Shown here: piece after piece, positions 1-16,700 of the stretch | Position numbering within the stretch: the first letter of the stretch is position 1 | Layout: each line of letters starts with the position of its first letter | NCBI RefSeq assembly: GCF_964204645.1 | Contig: NC_134029.1 | Coordinates: 10,814,850-10,878,849, forward strand | Origin: Tubulanus polymorphus | Lineage: Eukaryota; Animalia; Nemertea | Length of the DNA stretch: 64,000 nucleotides | Reading direction: 5' to 3' | Notes under the pieces: model-generated | The model's input: the letters and a program-made list of their open reading frames with translations, nothing else | Database searches by the model: none | What the model was told of the DNA's origin: nothing | Made by a program: the position numbers and the translations under genes

Positions 1-3000
1 ATTTATACAGAAAAACTATATTTACATTTATTCTATAAAAGGTGTCACCTTTATGTACTCATCACAAACAGACTGACTTAGGTATTTGAAGATACCATGA
101 CACGCTTTATTGTGAATTATTCTAGACGGAGGTTGTTTTTCTACAATCATCTCCTTTGAGATGACTGGTTCTCGAAGATTTATGTTTAACACTATTCTCT
201 GAATCATATTATTCTAAGGGTCATTTTTATATAATCATCTCGATTAAACTGACTGTGGTTATTGGAAATAACATATATTGAGAATGACTATTCTGCGAGT
301 CATTCCACACAATGTGTCGTTGCATATTCTTCTCAAATAAAGTGACTCCGGTTATGGTAATTAATATTTGCACACTTGACTGAGATTCAATCTATCGTAG
401 GAGCCATTTTTATACTCATCTGAAATAGACTGACTTTGATTTTGAAGATAAATATTTATACACTATTCTGAAATTAATTCTATGGTAGAACACATCCTTA
501 TACTTATCTCAAATAGACTGACTTTGGTTTTTGGTGATTAATATTAGCACACTTTACTGCGATTCAATCTACAGGAGGAGTAGTTTTTATATTCATCTCA
601 AATAGACTGTTTTCTTTAAAGGTTGTAACTTATACACTATAATTGAATTCATTCTATGGAAGGACACATTCTTATACAACTTATCTTCTTATACTTATCT
701 CAAATAGGTCTAGATTGACTTTGGTTTTTGATTATCAATATTTATACACTACAGCTACAGTTTAACTCAAATAGACTGGTTTTTTATGATTAATATTTAT
801 ACAGAAGGAAAAAAGACTTAATCTATAGTAGGAGTCGTTTTTACACTTATTTCAAATAGACTGACTTTGGTTTTAAAGATAAATATTTATACGCTATACT
901 GAAATTAATTAATTCTGTGGTTGGACACATTCTTATACTAATCTCAAATAGACTGTTTTTTTTTTAAGATTATAACTAATACACTATAATTGAATCCATT
1001 CCATGGTAGGACACATTCTTATACTTATATAAAAAAGGCCTAGATTGACTTTGGTTTTTGATGATCCATATTTATACACTATCAAAAGACTAAATCTATA
1101 GTAGGAGTTGTTTCTATACATATCTCAACTAGACTGAGTTTGGTATTTTATAGTTAATATTTATACACTATGAAAAAGGTCATTTTATATACTCATCTCA
1201 AATGGTCTGAATTTGGTTTTTGGAGAGTAAAACATGACACACTATACTGTGAAGTAGGGGTCAGTTGATTAATAATCATCTCAAAAGGACTGACTTGGTT
1301 TTAAATAGTAATATTCATGTAGAAATACTACACTTGGAATTATTTTATAGTAGGGGTCATTTTTATATACAATGTATACTCATACCAACTTTGGTTTTTG
1401 AAGAGTAATATTTCTATAGGAATACTTTACTGCCAGTCGTTCTACATTAAGATACATAATTTATATAGAAATATTGTGAATCATTATACGGAAGGGTTTA
1501 TGTGTAGAAACAAAAGCCAGTGAATATGACCGTTTTATGACCAGGCTCATGATAGCTGGTGAATCGGTGACAATCTTCTGGTCAAAAATGGGAAGTAGTA
1601 CTAAAATGGTCGATATCCAATTGGTCAAAAAAACCGAGGGCTCAATAAGGATACTGTAATGACTTACCAATTTTTTTACTGACACCTTTTACTTCAAATT
1701 TACATCTTGAAAATAAAGACAAATCCTTTGCGCAAACTATTCGTTTCGATCTCCTCCTTGTAGTTCACTCTGAAAATAACCAAATTACTGATTAGGCACA
1801 GGCCTAAATGATAAGAATTTACAAAGATAACAAAGAAAATAACAAAATGCATAGACTGGGGCATCAATATCCTAAATATAAAATGGACTGAATTTGCTGC
1901 TTGAAGATACCTATTTATACAGAAAAACTATATTTACATTTATTCTATAAAAGGTGTCACCTTTATGTACTCATCACAAACAGACTGACTTAGGTATTTG
2001 AAGATACCATGACACGCTTTATTGTGAATTATTCTAGACGGAGGTTGTTTTTCTACAATCATCTCCTTTGAGATGACTGGTTCTCGAAGATTTATGTTTA
2101 ACACTATTCTCTGAATCATATTATTCTAAGGGTCATTTTTATATAATCATCTCGATTAAACTGACTGTGGTTATTGGAAATAACATATATTGAGAATGAC
2201 TATTCTGCGAGTCATTCCACACAATGTGTCGTTGCATATTCTTCTCAAATAAAGTGACTCCGGTTATGGTAATTAATATTTGCACACTTGACTGAGATTC
2301 AATCTATCGTAGGAGCCATTTTTATACTCATCTGAAATAGACTGACTTTGATTTTGAAGATAAATATTTATACACTATTCTGAAATTAATTCTATGGTAG
2401 AACACATCCTTATACTTATCTCAAATAGACTGACTTTGGTTTTTGGTGATTAATATTAGCACACTTTACTGAGATTCAATCTACAGGAGGAGTAGTTTTT
2501 ATATTCATCTCAAATAGACTGTTTTCTTTAAAGGTTGTAACTTATACACTATAATTGAATTCATTCTATGGAAGGACACATTCTTATACAACTTATCTTC
2601 TTATACTTATCTCAAATAGGTCTAGATTGACTTTGGTTTTTGATTATCAATATTTATACACTACAGCTACAGTTTAACTCAAATAGACTGGTTTTTTATG
2701 ATTAATATTTATACAGAAGGAAAAAAGACTTAATCTATAGTAGGAGTCGTTTTTACACTTATTTCAAATAGACTGACTTTGGTTTTAAAGATAAATATTT
2801 ATACGCTATACTGAAATTAATTAATTCTATGGTTGGACACATTCTTATACTAATCTCAAATAGACTGTTTTTTTTTAAGATTATAACTAATACACTATAA
2901 TTGAATCCATTCCATGGTAGGACACATTCTTATACTTATATAAAAAAGGCCTAGATTGACTTTGGTTTTTGATGATCCATATTTATACACTATCAAAAGA

Positions 3001-4700
3001 CTAAATCTATAGTAGGAGTTGTTTCTATACATATCTCAACTAGACTGAGTTTGGTATTTTATAGTTAATATTTATACACTATGAAAAAGGTCATTTTATA
3101 TACTCATCTCAAATGGTCTGAATTTGGTTTTTGGAGAGTAAAACATGACACACTATACTGTGAAGTAGGGGTCAGTTGATTAATAATCATCTCAAATGGA
3201 CTGACTTGGTTCTAAATAGTAATATTCATGTAGAAATACTACACTTGGAATTATTTTATAGTAGGGGTCATTTTTATATACAATGTATACTCATACCAAC
3301 TTTGGTTTTTGAAGAGTAATATTTCTATAGGAATACTTTACTGCCAGTCGTTCTACATTAAGATACATAATTTATATAGAAATATTGTGAATCATTATAC
3401 GGAAGGGTTTATGTGTAGAAACAAAAGCCAGTGAATATGACCGTTTTATGACCAGGCTCATGATAGCTGGTGAATCGGTGACAATCTTCTGGTCAAAAAT
3501 GGGAAGTAGTACTAAAATGGTCGATATCCAATTGGTCAAAAAAACCGAGGGCTCAATAAGGATACTGTAATGACTTACCAATTTTTTTACTGACACCTTT
3601 TACTTCAAATTTACATCTTGAAAATAAAGACAAATCCTTTGCGCAAACTATTCGTTTCGATCTCCTCCTTGTAGTTCACTCTGAAAATAACCAAATTACT
3701 GATTAGGCACAGGCCTAAATGATAAGAATTTACAAAGATAACAAAGAAAATAACAAAATGCATAGACTGGGGCATCAATATCCTAAATATAAAATGGACT
3801 GAATTTGCTGCTTGAAGATACCTATTTATACAGAAAAACTATATTTACATTTATTCTATAAAAGGTGTCACCTTTATGTACTCATCACAAACAGACTGAC
3901 TTAGGTATTTGAAGATACCATGACACGCTTTATTGTGAATTATTCTAGACGGAGGTTGTTTTTCTACAATCATCTCCTTTGAGATGACTGGTTCTCGAAG
4001 ATTTATGTTTAACACTATTCTCTGAATCATATTATTCTAAGGGTCATTTTTATATAATCATCTCGATTAAACTGACTGTGGTTATTGGAAATAACATATA
4101 TTGAGAATGACTATTCTGCGAGTCATTCCACACAATGTGTCGTTGCATATTCTTCTCAAATAAAGTGACTCCGGTTATGGTAATTAATATTTGCACACTT
4201 GACTGAGATTCAATCTATCGTAGGAGCCATTTTTATACTCATCTGAAATAGACTGACTTTGATTTTGAAGATAAATATTTATACACTATTCTGAAATTAA
4301 TTCTATGGTAGAACACATCCTTATACTTATCTCAAATAGACTGACTTTGGTTTTTGGTGATAAATATTCGCACACTTTACTGAGATTCAATCTACAGGAG
4401 GAGTAGTTTTTATATTCATCTCAAATAGACTGTTTTCTTTAAATGTTGTAACTTATACACTATAATTGAATTCATTCTATGGAAGGACACATTCTTATAC
4501 AACTTATCTTCTTATACTATCTCAAATAGGTCTAGATTGACTTTGGTTTTTGATGATCAATATTTATACACTACAGCTACAGTTTATCTCAAATAGACTG
4601 GTTTTTTGGATTAATATTTATACAGTAATACTGTATAGTATTTTTCATACTGTATGAAAAAGACTTAGGAGTCGTTTTAACACTTATCACAAACAAACTG
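1..4700. repeat. ~1.91-kb tandem repeat (2 full copies plus 1 partial) built from degenerate 89-bp satellite monomers and a unique exon-like segment
   Basis: ATTTATACAGAAAAACTATA recurs at 1, 1913 and 3824; identical spurious ORFs at 1461-1685 and 3372-3596 are offset by 1911. Confidence 0.95.
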
Positions 4701-7700
4701 ACTTAGGTATTTGAAGATACCATGGCACGCTTTATTGTGAATTATTCTAGAAGGAGGTTGTTTTTCTGCAATCATCTCCTTTGAGATGACTGGTTCTCGA
4801 AGATTTATGTTTAACACTATTCTCTGGATCCTATTATTCTAAGGGTCATTTTTTTATATAATCATCTCAATTGAACTGAGGTTTTTGGTAATCAATATTC
4901 ACACACTTTACTGAGATTCAATCAATAATTGAATTCATTCTATGCTAGGACACATTCTCATACATATCTCAAATAGGTCTAGATTGACTTCGGTTTTTGA
5001 TGATTGATACTTATACAGCATGAAAAAGACTTAATCGATAGGAGTCGTTTTTACATTTATCTCAAATAGACTGACTTTGGTTCTAAAGATAAATATTTAT
5101 ACACAATACTGAAATTAATTAATTCTATGATTGGACACATTCTTATACTAATCTCAAATAGACTGTTTCTTTAAAGATTATAACTTATACACTATAATTG
5201 AATCCATTCCATGGTAGGACACATTCTTATACTTATCTTATATAGGCCTAAATTGACTTTGGCTTTAGATAATTAATATTTATACACCATAAAAAAGACT
5301 TAATCCATAGTAGGAGTCGTTTCTATACTCAACTCAAATAAACTGACTTTTGTTTTTGATGATTAATATTTATACACAATAAAAAGGCTTAATCGATAGT
5401 AGTAGTCATTTCTATACTCATCTCAAATAAACTGATTTTTGTTTTTGATAACTTATATTTATACACTTTTAAAAAGACTTATAGAAGTAGTCACTTCTAT
5501 AATCATCTATAGTAGGAGTCATTTCTATACTCATCTCAAATAAACTGACCGTTGGTTTTTGATAACTGATATTTATACACTATAAAAAAGCTCAATCTAT
5601 AATAGGAGTCGTTTCTATACTCATCTCGCATAGACTGATTTTCATTTTTGATGACTTAGGCCTAAAGTTATACACTATAAAAAGCTTAATCTATAGTAGG
5701 AGTTGTTTCTATACTCATGTCGAATACGCTGATTTGGTTTTTTATGACAAATAGTTATACACTATAATAAGGCTTAATCTATAGTTGGAGTTGTTTCTAT
5801 ACTCATCTGAAATAAACTGACTTTAGTTTTTGATGACTAATAGACACAATAAAGAGGCTTAATCTATAGTAGTAGTTGTTTCTATACTCATCTTAAATAA
5901 ACTGACTGTTGGTTTTTGATAATCCATATTCAACACTATAATCAAGCTTAATCTATAGTAGGAAATGTTTCCATACTCATCTGAAATAAACTGTCTTTGG
6001 TTTTTGATAATTAGTATTCATTAACTATACAAAAGACTTAATCTATGGAAGCAGTCGTTTCTATACTTATCTCAAATAAACTGACTGTTGGTTTTTTGAT
6101 GTCTAATAGACACATTAAAGAGGCTTAATCTATAGGAGTAGTTGTTTCTATTATCATCTCAAATAAACTGACTGTTGGTTTTCGATAATTAATATTTATA
6201 TGCTATAAAAAAGCTTAATCTATAGAAAGAAGCGTTCCTATACTCATGTCAAATACACTGATTTGGTTATTGATGACAAATAGTTATACACTATAAAAAG
6301 GCTTAATCTATTGAAGAAGTTGTTTCTATACATATCTCAAATAAACTGACTGCTGGTTTTGATAACTAATATTTATTCACTATAAAAATGCTTAATCTAT
6401 AGTAGGAGTCATTTCTATTCTCATCTCAAATAGACTGATTTTGGTTTTTGATAATTAATACTTATACACTATTAAAAGACTTAATCTATAGTAGGAGTTG
6501 TTTCTATACTCATCTCAAATATACTGACTATGGCTTTTATAATTAATACTTATACACTATAAAAAGGCTTAATCTATAGTAGGAGTTGTTTCTATACATA
6601 TCTCAAATAAACTGACTACTGGTTTTGATAACTAATATTTATACACTTTAAAAAAGCTTAATCTATAGTAAGAGTCGTTTCTATACTCATGTAAAATACA
6701 CGGATTTGGTTTTTGATGACAAACAGTTATACACTATAAAAAGGCTTAATCTATAGTAGAAGTTGTTTCTATACATATCTCAAATAAACTGACTGCTGGT
6801 TTTGATAACTAATATTTATACACTATAAAAAAGCTTAATCTATAGTAGGAGTCGTTTCTATACTCATCTCAAATAGACTGATTTTGGTTTTTGATAATTA
6901 ATACTTATACACTATTTCTATACATATCTCAAATAAACTGACTACTGGTTTTGATAACTAATATTTATACACTTAAAAAAAGCTTAATCTATAGTAAGAG
7001 TCGTTTCTATACTCATCTCAAATTGACTGATTTAGGTTTTTGATAATTAATACTTATACACCATAAAAAGGCTTAATCTATAGAAGAAGTTGTTTCTATA
7101 CTCATCACAAATACTGACTTTAGTTTTTGATGACTAATAGACACAATGAAAAAGCTTACATCTCAAATAAACTAACTGTTGGTTTTCGAAAAATCAATAT
7201 TTATACACTATCAAAAATGCTTAATCTATAGAATGAGTCATTCCTATACTCTTGTAAAATACACGGATTTGGTTTTTGATGACAAACAGTTATACACTAT
7301 AAAAAGGCTTAATCTATAGTAGAAGTTGTTTCTATACATATCTCAAATAAACTGACTGCTGGTTTTGATAACTAATATTTATACACTATAAAAAGGCTTA
7401 ATCTATAGTAGGAGTTGTTTCTATACTCATCTCAAATAAACTGACTATGGCTTTTTATAATTAATACTTATACACTATAAAAAGGCTTAATCTATAGTAG
7501 GAGTTGTTTCTATACATATCTCAAATAAACTGAGTATGGCTTTTATAATTAATACTTATACACTATAAAAAGGCTTAATCTATAGTAGGAGTTGTTTCTT
7601 TACATATCTCAAATAAACTGACTGCTGGTTTTGATAACTTATATTTATACACTTTAAAAAAGCTTAATCTATAGTAAGAGTCGTTTCTATACTCATCTCA

Positions 7701-10700
7701 AATTGACTGATTTAGGTTTTTGATAATTAATACTTATACACCATAAAAAGGCTTAATCTATAGAAGAAGTTGTTTCTATACTCATCACAAATACTGACTT
7801 TAGTTTTTGATGACTAATAGACACAATGAAAAAGCTTACATCTCAAATAAACTAACTGTTGGTTTTCGAAAAATCAATATTTATACACTATCAAAAATGC
7901 TTAATCTATAGAAAGAGTCATTCCTATACTCTTGTAAAATACACGGATTTGGTTTTTGATGACAAACAGTTATACACTATAAAAAGGCTTAATCTATAGT
8001 AGAAGTTGTTTCTATACATATCTCAAATAAACTGACTGCTGGTTTTGATAACTAATATTTATACACTATAAAAAGGCTTAATCTATAGTAGGAGTTGTTT
8101 CTATACTCATCTCAAATAAACTGACTATGGCTTTTTATAATTAATACTTATACACTATAAAAAGGCTTAATCTATAGTAGGAGTTGTTTCTATACATATC
8201 TCAAATAAACTGACTGCTGGTTTTGATAACTAATATTTATACACTATAAAAAGGCTTAATCTATAGTAGGAGTTGTTTCTATACTCATCTCAAATAAACT
8301 GACTATGGCTTTTTATAATTAATACTTATACACTATAAAAAGGCTTAATCTATAGTAGGAGTTGTTTCTATACATATCTCAAATAAACTGAGTATGGCTT
8401 TTATAATTAATACTTATACACTATAAAAAGGCTTAATCTATAGTAGGAGTTGTTTCTTTACATATCTCAAATAAACTGACTGCTGGTTTTGATAACTAAT
8501 ATTTATACACTTAAAAAAAGCTTAATCTATAGTAAGAGTCGTTTCTATACTCATCTCAAATTGACTGATTTAGGTTTTTGATAATTAATACTTATACACC
8601 ATAAAAAGGCTTAATCTATAGAAGAAGTTGTTTCTATACTCATCACAAATACTGACTTTAGTTTTTGATGACTAATAGACACAATGAAAAAGCTTACATC
8701 TCAAATAAACTAACTGTTGGTTTTCGAAAAATCAATATTTATACACTATCAAAAATGCTTAATCTATAGAATGAGTCATTCCTATACTCTTGTAAAATAC
8801 ACGGATTTGGTTTTTGATGACAAACAGTTATACACTATAAAAAGGCTTAATCTATAGTAGAAGTTGTTTCTATACATATCTCAAATAAACTGACTGCTGG
8901 TTTTGATAACTAATATTTATACACTATAAAAAGGCTTAATCTATAGTAGAAGTTGTTTCTATACATATCTCAAATAAACTGACTGCTGGTTTTGATAACT
9001 AATATTTATACACTATAAAAAGGCTTAATCTATAGTAGGAGTTGTTTCTATACTCATCTTAAATAAACTGACTGTTGGTTTTTGATAATTAATATTCATC
9101 ACTATAATCAAGCTTAATCTATAGAAGAAGTTGTTTCTATACTCATCACAAATAAACTGACTTTAGTTTATGATGACTAATAGACACAATGAAAAAGCTT
9201 ACATCTCAAATAAACTGACTGCTGGTTTTTCGAAAATTAATATTTATACACTATAAAAAAGCTTAATCTATAGAAAGAGTCATTCCTATACTCATGTAAA
9301 ATACACGGATTTGGTTTTTGATGACAAACAGTTATACACTATAAAAAGGCTTAATCTATAGTAGAAGTTGTTTCTATACATATATCAAATAAACTGACTG
9401 CTGGTTTTGATAACTAATATCTATACAATATAAAAAAGCTTAATCTATAGTGGGAGTCATTTCTATTCTCATCTCAAATAGACTGATTTTGGTTTTTGAT
9501 AATTAATACTTATACACTATTAAAAGACTTAATCTATAGTAGGAGTTGTTTCTATACTCATCTCAAATAAACTGACTATGGCTGTTTATAATTAATACTT
9601 ATACACTTTTAAAAGGCTTAATCTATAGTAGGAGTTGTTTCTATACTCATCTCAAATAAACTGACTATGGCTTTTTATAATTAATACTTATACACTATAA
9701 AAAGGCTTAATCTATAGTAGGAGTTGTTTCTATACATATCTCAAATAAACTGACTGCTGGTTTTGATAACTAATATTTATACACTATAAAAAGGCTTAAT
9801 CTATAGTAGGAGTTGTTTCTATACTCATCTCAAATAAACTGACTATGGCTTTTTATAATTAATACTTATACACTATAAAAAGGCTTAATCTATAGTAGGA
9901 GTTGTTTCTATACATATCTCAAATAAACTGAGTATGGCTTTTATAATTAATACTTATACACTATAAAAAGGCTTAATCTATAGTAGGAGTTGTTTCTTTA
10001 CATATCTCAAATAAACTGACTGCTGGTTTTGATAACTTATATTTATACACTTAAAAAAAGCTTAATCTATAGTAAGAGTCGTTTCTATACTCATCTCAAA
10101 TTGACTGATTTAGGTTTTTGATAATTAATACTTATACACCATAAAAAGGCTTAATCTATAGAAGAAGTTGTTTCTATACTCATCACAAATACTGACTTTA
10201 GTTTTTGATGACTAATAGACACAATGAAAAAGCTTACATCTCAAATAAACTAACTGTTGGTTTTCGAAAAATCAATATTTATACACTATCAAAAATGCTT
10301 AATCTATAGAATGAGTCATTCCTATACTCTTGTAAAATACACGGATTTGGTTTTTGATGACAAACAGTTATACACTATAAAAAGGCTTAATCTATAGTAG
10401 AAGTTGTTTCTATACATATCTCAAATAAACTGACTGCTGGTTTTGATAACTAATATTTATACACTATAAAAAGGCTTAATCTATAGTAGGAGTTGTTTCT
10501 ATACTCATCTCAAATAAACTGACTATGGCTTTTTATAATTAATACTTATACACTATAAAAAGGCTTAATCTATAGTAGGAGTTGTTTCTATACATATCTC
10601 AAATAAACTGAGTATGGCTTTTATAATTAATACTTATACACTATAAAAAGGCTTAATCTATAGTAGGAGTTGTTTCTTTACATATCTCAAATAAACTGAC

Positions 10701-13700
10701 TGCTGGTTTTGATAACTTATATTTATACACTTTAAAAAAGCTTAATCTATAGTAAGAGTCGTTTCTATACTCATCTCAAATTGACTGATTTAGGTTTTTG
10801 ATAATTAATACTTATACACCATAAAAAGGCTTAATCTATAGAAGAAGTTGTTTCTATACTCATCACAAATACTGACTTTAGTTTTTGATGACTAATAGAC
10901 ACAATGAAAAAGCTTACATCTCAAATAAACTAACTGTTGGTTTTCGAAAAATCAATATTTATACACTATCAAAAATGCTTAATCTATAGAATGAGTCATT
11001 CCTATACTCTTGTAAAATACACGGATTTGGTTTTTGATGACAAACAGTTATACACTATAAAAAGGCTTAATCTATAGTAGAAGTTGTTTCTATACATATC
11101 TCAAATAAACTGACTGCTGGTTTTGATAACTAATATTTATACACTATAAAAAGGCTTAATCTATAGTAGGAGTTGTTTCTATACTCATCTCAAATAAACT
11201 GACTATGGCTTTTTATAATTAATACTTATACACTATAAAAAGGCTTAATCTATAGTAGGAGTTGTTTCTATACATATCTCAAATAAACTGACTGCTGGTT
11301 TTGATAACTAATATTTATACACTATAAAAAGGCTTAATCTATAGTAGGAGTTGTTTCTATACTCATCTCAAATAAACTGACTATGGCTTTTTATAATTAA
11401 TACTTATACACTATAAAAAGGCTTAATCTATAGTAGGAGTTGTTTCTATACATATCTCAAATAAACTGAGTATGGCTTTTATAATTAATACTTATACACT
11501 ATAAAAAGGCTTAATCTATAGTAGGAGTTGTTTCTTTACATATCTCAAATAAACTGACTGCTGGTTTTGATAACTAATATTTATACACTTAAAAAAAGCT
11601 TAATCTATAGTAAGAGTCGTTTCTATACTCATCTCAAATTGACTGATTTAGGTTTTTGATAATTAATACTTATACACCATAAAAAGGCTTAATCTATAGA
11701 AGAAGTTGTTTCTATACTCATCACAAATACTGACTTTAGTTTTTGATGACTAATAGACACAATGAAAAAGCTTACATCTCAAATAAACTAACTGTTGGTT
11801 TTCGAAAAATCAATATTTATACACTATCAAAAATGCTTAATCTATAGAATGAGTCATTCCTATACTCTTGTAAAATACACGGATTTGGTTTTTGATGACA
11901 AACAGTTATACACTATAAAAAGGCTTAATCTATAGTAGAAGTTGTTTCTATACATATCTCAAATAAACTGACTGCTGGTTTTGATAACTAATATTTATAC
12001 ACTATAAAAAGGCTTAATCTATAGTAGAAGTTGTTTCTATACATATCTCAAATAAACTGACTGCTGGTTTTGATAACTAATATTTATACACTATAAAAAG
12101 GCTTAATCTATAGTAGGAGTTGTTTCTATACTCATCTTAAATAAACTGACTGTTGGTTTTTGATAATTAATATTCATCACTATAATCAAGCTTAATCTAT
12201 AGAAGAAGTTGTTTCTATACTCATCACAAATAAACTGACTTTAGTTTATGATGACTAATAGACACAATGAAAAAGCTTACATCTCAAATAAACTGACTGC
12301 TGGTTTTTCGAAAATTAATATTTATACACTATAAAAAAGCTTAATCTATAGAAAGAGTCATTCCTATACTCATGTAAAATACACGGATTTGGTTTTTGAT
12401 GACAAACAGTTATACACTATAAAAAGGCTTAATCTATAGTAGAAGTTGTTTCTATACATATATCAAATAAACTGACTGCTGGTTTTGATAACTAATATCT
12501 ATACAATATAAAAAAGCTTAATCTATAGTGGGAGTCATTTCTATTCTCATCTCAAATAGACTGATTTTGGTTTTTGATAATTAATACTTATACACTATTA
12601 AAAGACTTAATCTATAGTAGGAGTTGTTTCTATACTCATCTCAAATAAACTGACTATGGCTGTTTATAATTAATACTTATACACTTTTAAAAGGCTTAAT
12701 CTATAGTAGGAGTTGTTTCTATACATATCTCAAATAAACTGACTACTGGTTTTGATAACTAATATTTATACACTATAAAAAAGCTTAATCTATAGTAGGA
12801 GTCATTTCTATTCTCATCTCAAATAGACTGATTTTGGTTTTTGATAATTAATACTTATACACCATAAAAATACTTAATCCATAGTAGGAGTTGTTTCTAT
12901 ACTCATCTGAAATATACTGACTATGGCTTTTTATAATTAATACTTATACACTATTAAAAAGGCTTTATCTATAGTAGGAGTTGTTTCTATACATATCTCA
13001 AATTAACTGACTGCTGGTTTTGATAACTAATATTTATACACTGTAAAAAAGCTTAATCTATAGTAGGAGTCGTTTCTATACTCATCTCAAATTGACTGAC
13101 TATGGCTTTTTATAATTAATACTTATACACTATAAAAAGGCTTTATCTATAGTAGAAGTTGTTTCTATACATATCTCAAATAAACTGACTGCTGGTTTTG
13201 ATAACTAATATTTATACATTATATAAAAGCTTAATCTATAGTAGGAGTCATTTCTATTCTCATCTCAAATAGACTGATTTTGGTTTTTGATAATTAATAC
13301 TTATACACTATTAATAGACTTAATCTATATTAGGAGTATTTTCTATACTCATCTCAAATAGACTGATTTTGGTTTTTGATAATTAATACTTATACACCAT
13401 AAAAATACTTAATCCATAGTAGGAGTTGTTTCTATACTCATCTTAAATAAACTGAGTATGGCTTTTTATAATTAATACTTATACACTATAAAAAGGCTTT
13501 ATCTATAGTAGGAGTTGTTTCTATACATATCTCAAATAAACTGACTGCTGGTTTTGATAACTAATATTTATACACTAAAAAAAAGCTTAATCTAAAGTAG
13601 GAGTCGTTTCTATACTCATCTAGAATAGACTTATTTTGGTTTTTGATAATTAATACTTATACACCATAAAAAGACTTAATCTATAGTAGGAGTTGTTTCT

Positions 13701-16700
13701 ATACTCATCTTAAATAAACTGGCTGTTGGTTTTTGATAACTAATATTTATTCACTTTAAAGATGCTTAATCTATAGTAGGAGTCATTTCTATACTCATCT
13801 CAAATAGACTGATTTTGGTTTTTGATAATTAATACTTATACACTAAAAGACTTAATCTATAGTAGGAGTTGTTTCTATACTCATCTCAAATAAACTGACT
13901 ATGGCTTTTTATAATTAATACTTATACACTATAAAGCGCTTTATCTATAGTAGGAGTTGTTTCTATACATATCTCAAATAAACTGACTGCTGGTTTTGAT
14001 AACTAATATTTATACACTATAAAAAAGCTTAATCTATAGTAGGAGTTGTTTCTATACTCATCTTAAATAAAATGGCTGTTGGTTTTTGATAACTAATATT
14101 TATTCACCATAAAAATGCTTAATCTATAGTAGGAGTCATTTCTATACTCATCTCAAATAGACTGATTTTGGTTTTTGATAATTAATACTTATACACTAAA
14201 AGACTTAATCTATAGTAGGAGTTGTTTCTATACTCATCTCAAATAAACTGACTATGGCTTTTTATAATTAATACTTATACACTATAAAAGGCTTTATCTA
14301 TAGTAGGAGTTGTTTCTATACATATCTCAAATAAACTGACTGCTGGTTTTGATAACTAATATTTATACACTATAAAAAAGCTTAATCTATAGTAGGAGTT
14401 GTTTCTATACTCATCTCAAATAGACTGATTTTGGTTTTTGATAATGAATACTTATACACCATAAAAAGACTTAATCTATAGTAGGAGTTGTTTCTATACT
14501 CATCTCAAATAAACTGAGTATGGCTTTTTATAATTAATACTTATACACTATAAAGCGCTTTATCTATAGTAGGAGTTGTTTCTATACATATCTCAAATAA
14601 ACTGACTGCTGGTTTTGATAACTAATATTTATACACTATAAAAAAGCTTAATCTATAGTAGGAGTCGTTTCTATACTCATCTCAAATAAACTGACTTTAG
14701 TTTTTGATGACTAATAGACACAATGAAAAAGCTTAATCTATAGTAAGAGTTGTTTCTATACTCATCTTAAATAAACTGAGTATGGCTTTTTATAATTAAT
14801 ACTTATACACTATAAAAGGCTTTATCTATAGTAGGAGTTGTTTCTATACATATCTCAAATAAACTGACTGCTGGTTTTGATAACTAATATTTATACACTA
14901 TAAAAATGCTTAATCTATAGTAGGAGTCATTTCTATACTCATCTCAAATAGACTGATTTTGGCTTTTTATAATTAATACTTATACACCATAAAAAGACTT
15001 AATCTATAGTAGGAGTTGTTTCTATACTCATCTTAAATAAAATGGCTGTTGGTTTTTGATAACTAATATTTATTCACTATAAAAATGTTTAATCTATAGT
15101 AGGAGTCATTTCTATACTCATCTCAAATAGACTGATTTTGGTTTTTGATAATTAATACTTATACACTAAAAGACTTAATCTATAGTAGGAGTTGTTTCTA
15201 TACTCATCTCAAATAAACTGACTATGGCTTTTTATAATTAATACTTATACACTATAAAAGGCTTTATCTATAGTAGGAGTTGTTTCTATACATATCTCAA
15301 ATAAACTGACTGCTGGTTTTGATAACTAATATTTATACACTATAAAAAAGCTTAATCTATAGTAGGAGTTGTTTCTATACTCATCTAAAATAGACTGATT
15401 TTGGTTTTTGATAATGAATACTTATACACCATAAAAAGACTTAATCTATAGTAGGAGTTGTTTCTATACATATCTCAAATAAACTGACTTTAGTTTTTGA
15501 TGACTAATAGACACAATGAAAAAGCTTACTCTATAGTAAGAGTTGTTTCTATACTCATCTTAAATAAACTGACTATGGCTTTTTATAATTAATACTTATA
15601 CACTATAAAGCGCTTAATCTATAGTAGGAGTTGTTTCTATACATATCTCAAATAAACTGACTGCTGGTTTTGATAACTAATATTTATACACTATAAAAAA
15701 GCTTAATCTATAGTAGGAGTCGTTTCTATACTCATCTCAAATAAACTGACTTTTGGTTTTTGATGACTAATAGACACAATAAAGAGGCTTAATCTATAGG
15801 AGTAGTTGTTTCTATTCTCATCTCAAATAAACTGACTGTTGGTTTTTGATAACTAATATTTATACCCTATAAAAAAGCTTAATCTATAATAGGAGTCGTA
15901 TCTATAATCATCTCGCATAGACTGATTTTCGTTTTTGATGACTTAGGCCTATAGTTATACACTATAAAAAGCTTAATCTATAGTATGAGTTGTTTCTATA
16001 CTCATGTCAAATACACTTATTTGGTTTTTTATGACAAATATTTATACACTATAAAAAGGCTTAATCTATAGTAGGAGTTGTTTCTATACTCATCTCAAAT
16101 AAACTGACTTTAGTTTTTGATGACTAATAGACACAATAAAGAGGTTTAATCTATAGAAAGAATCGTTCCTATACTCATGTCAAATACACTGATTTGGTTC
16201 TTGATGACAAATAGTTAAACACTATAAAAAGGCTTAATCTATAGTAGTTGTTGTTTCTATACATATCTCAAATAAACTGACTGCTGGATTTGAAAACTAA
16301 TATCTATTCACTATAAAAAAGCTTAATCTACAGTAGGAGTCATTTCTATACTCATCTCAAATAGACTGATTTTGGTTTTTGATAATTCATGCTTATACAC
16401 TATTAAAAGACTTAATCTATAGTAGGAGTTGTTTCTATACTCATCTCAAAAAAACTGACTATGGCTTTTTATTATTAATATTCAACACTATAATCAAGCT
16501 TAATCTATAGAAGGAGACGCTTCTATACTCATCTCAAATAAACTGACTTTTAGTTTTTGATGACTAATAGACACAATTAAGAGGCTTGATCTATAGTTGT
16601 AGTTGTTTCTATACTCATCTCAAATAAACTGACTTTAGTTTTTGATGACTAATAGACACAATGAAAAAGCTTACTCCATAGTAGGAGTCGTTTCTATACT

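Noticed and set aside
1461-1685. Duplicated 74-aa ORF (also 3372-3596)
   Set aside because: GTG start, no recognisable motif, reads through a splice donor; identity reflects the recent tandem duplication
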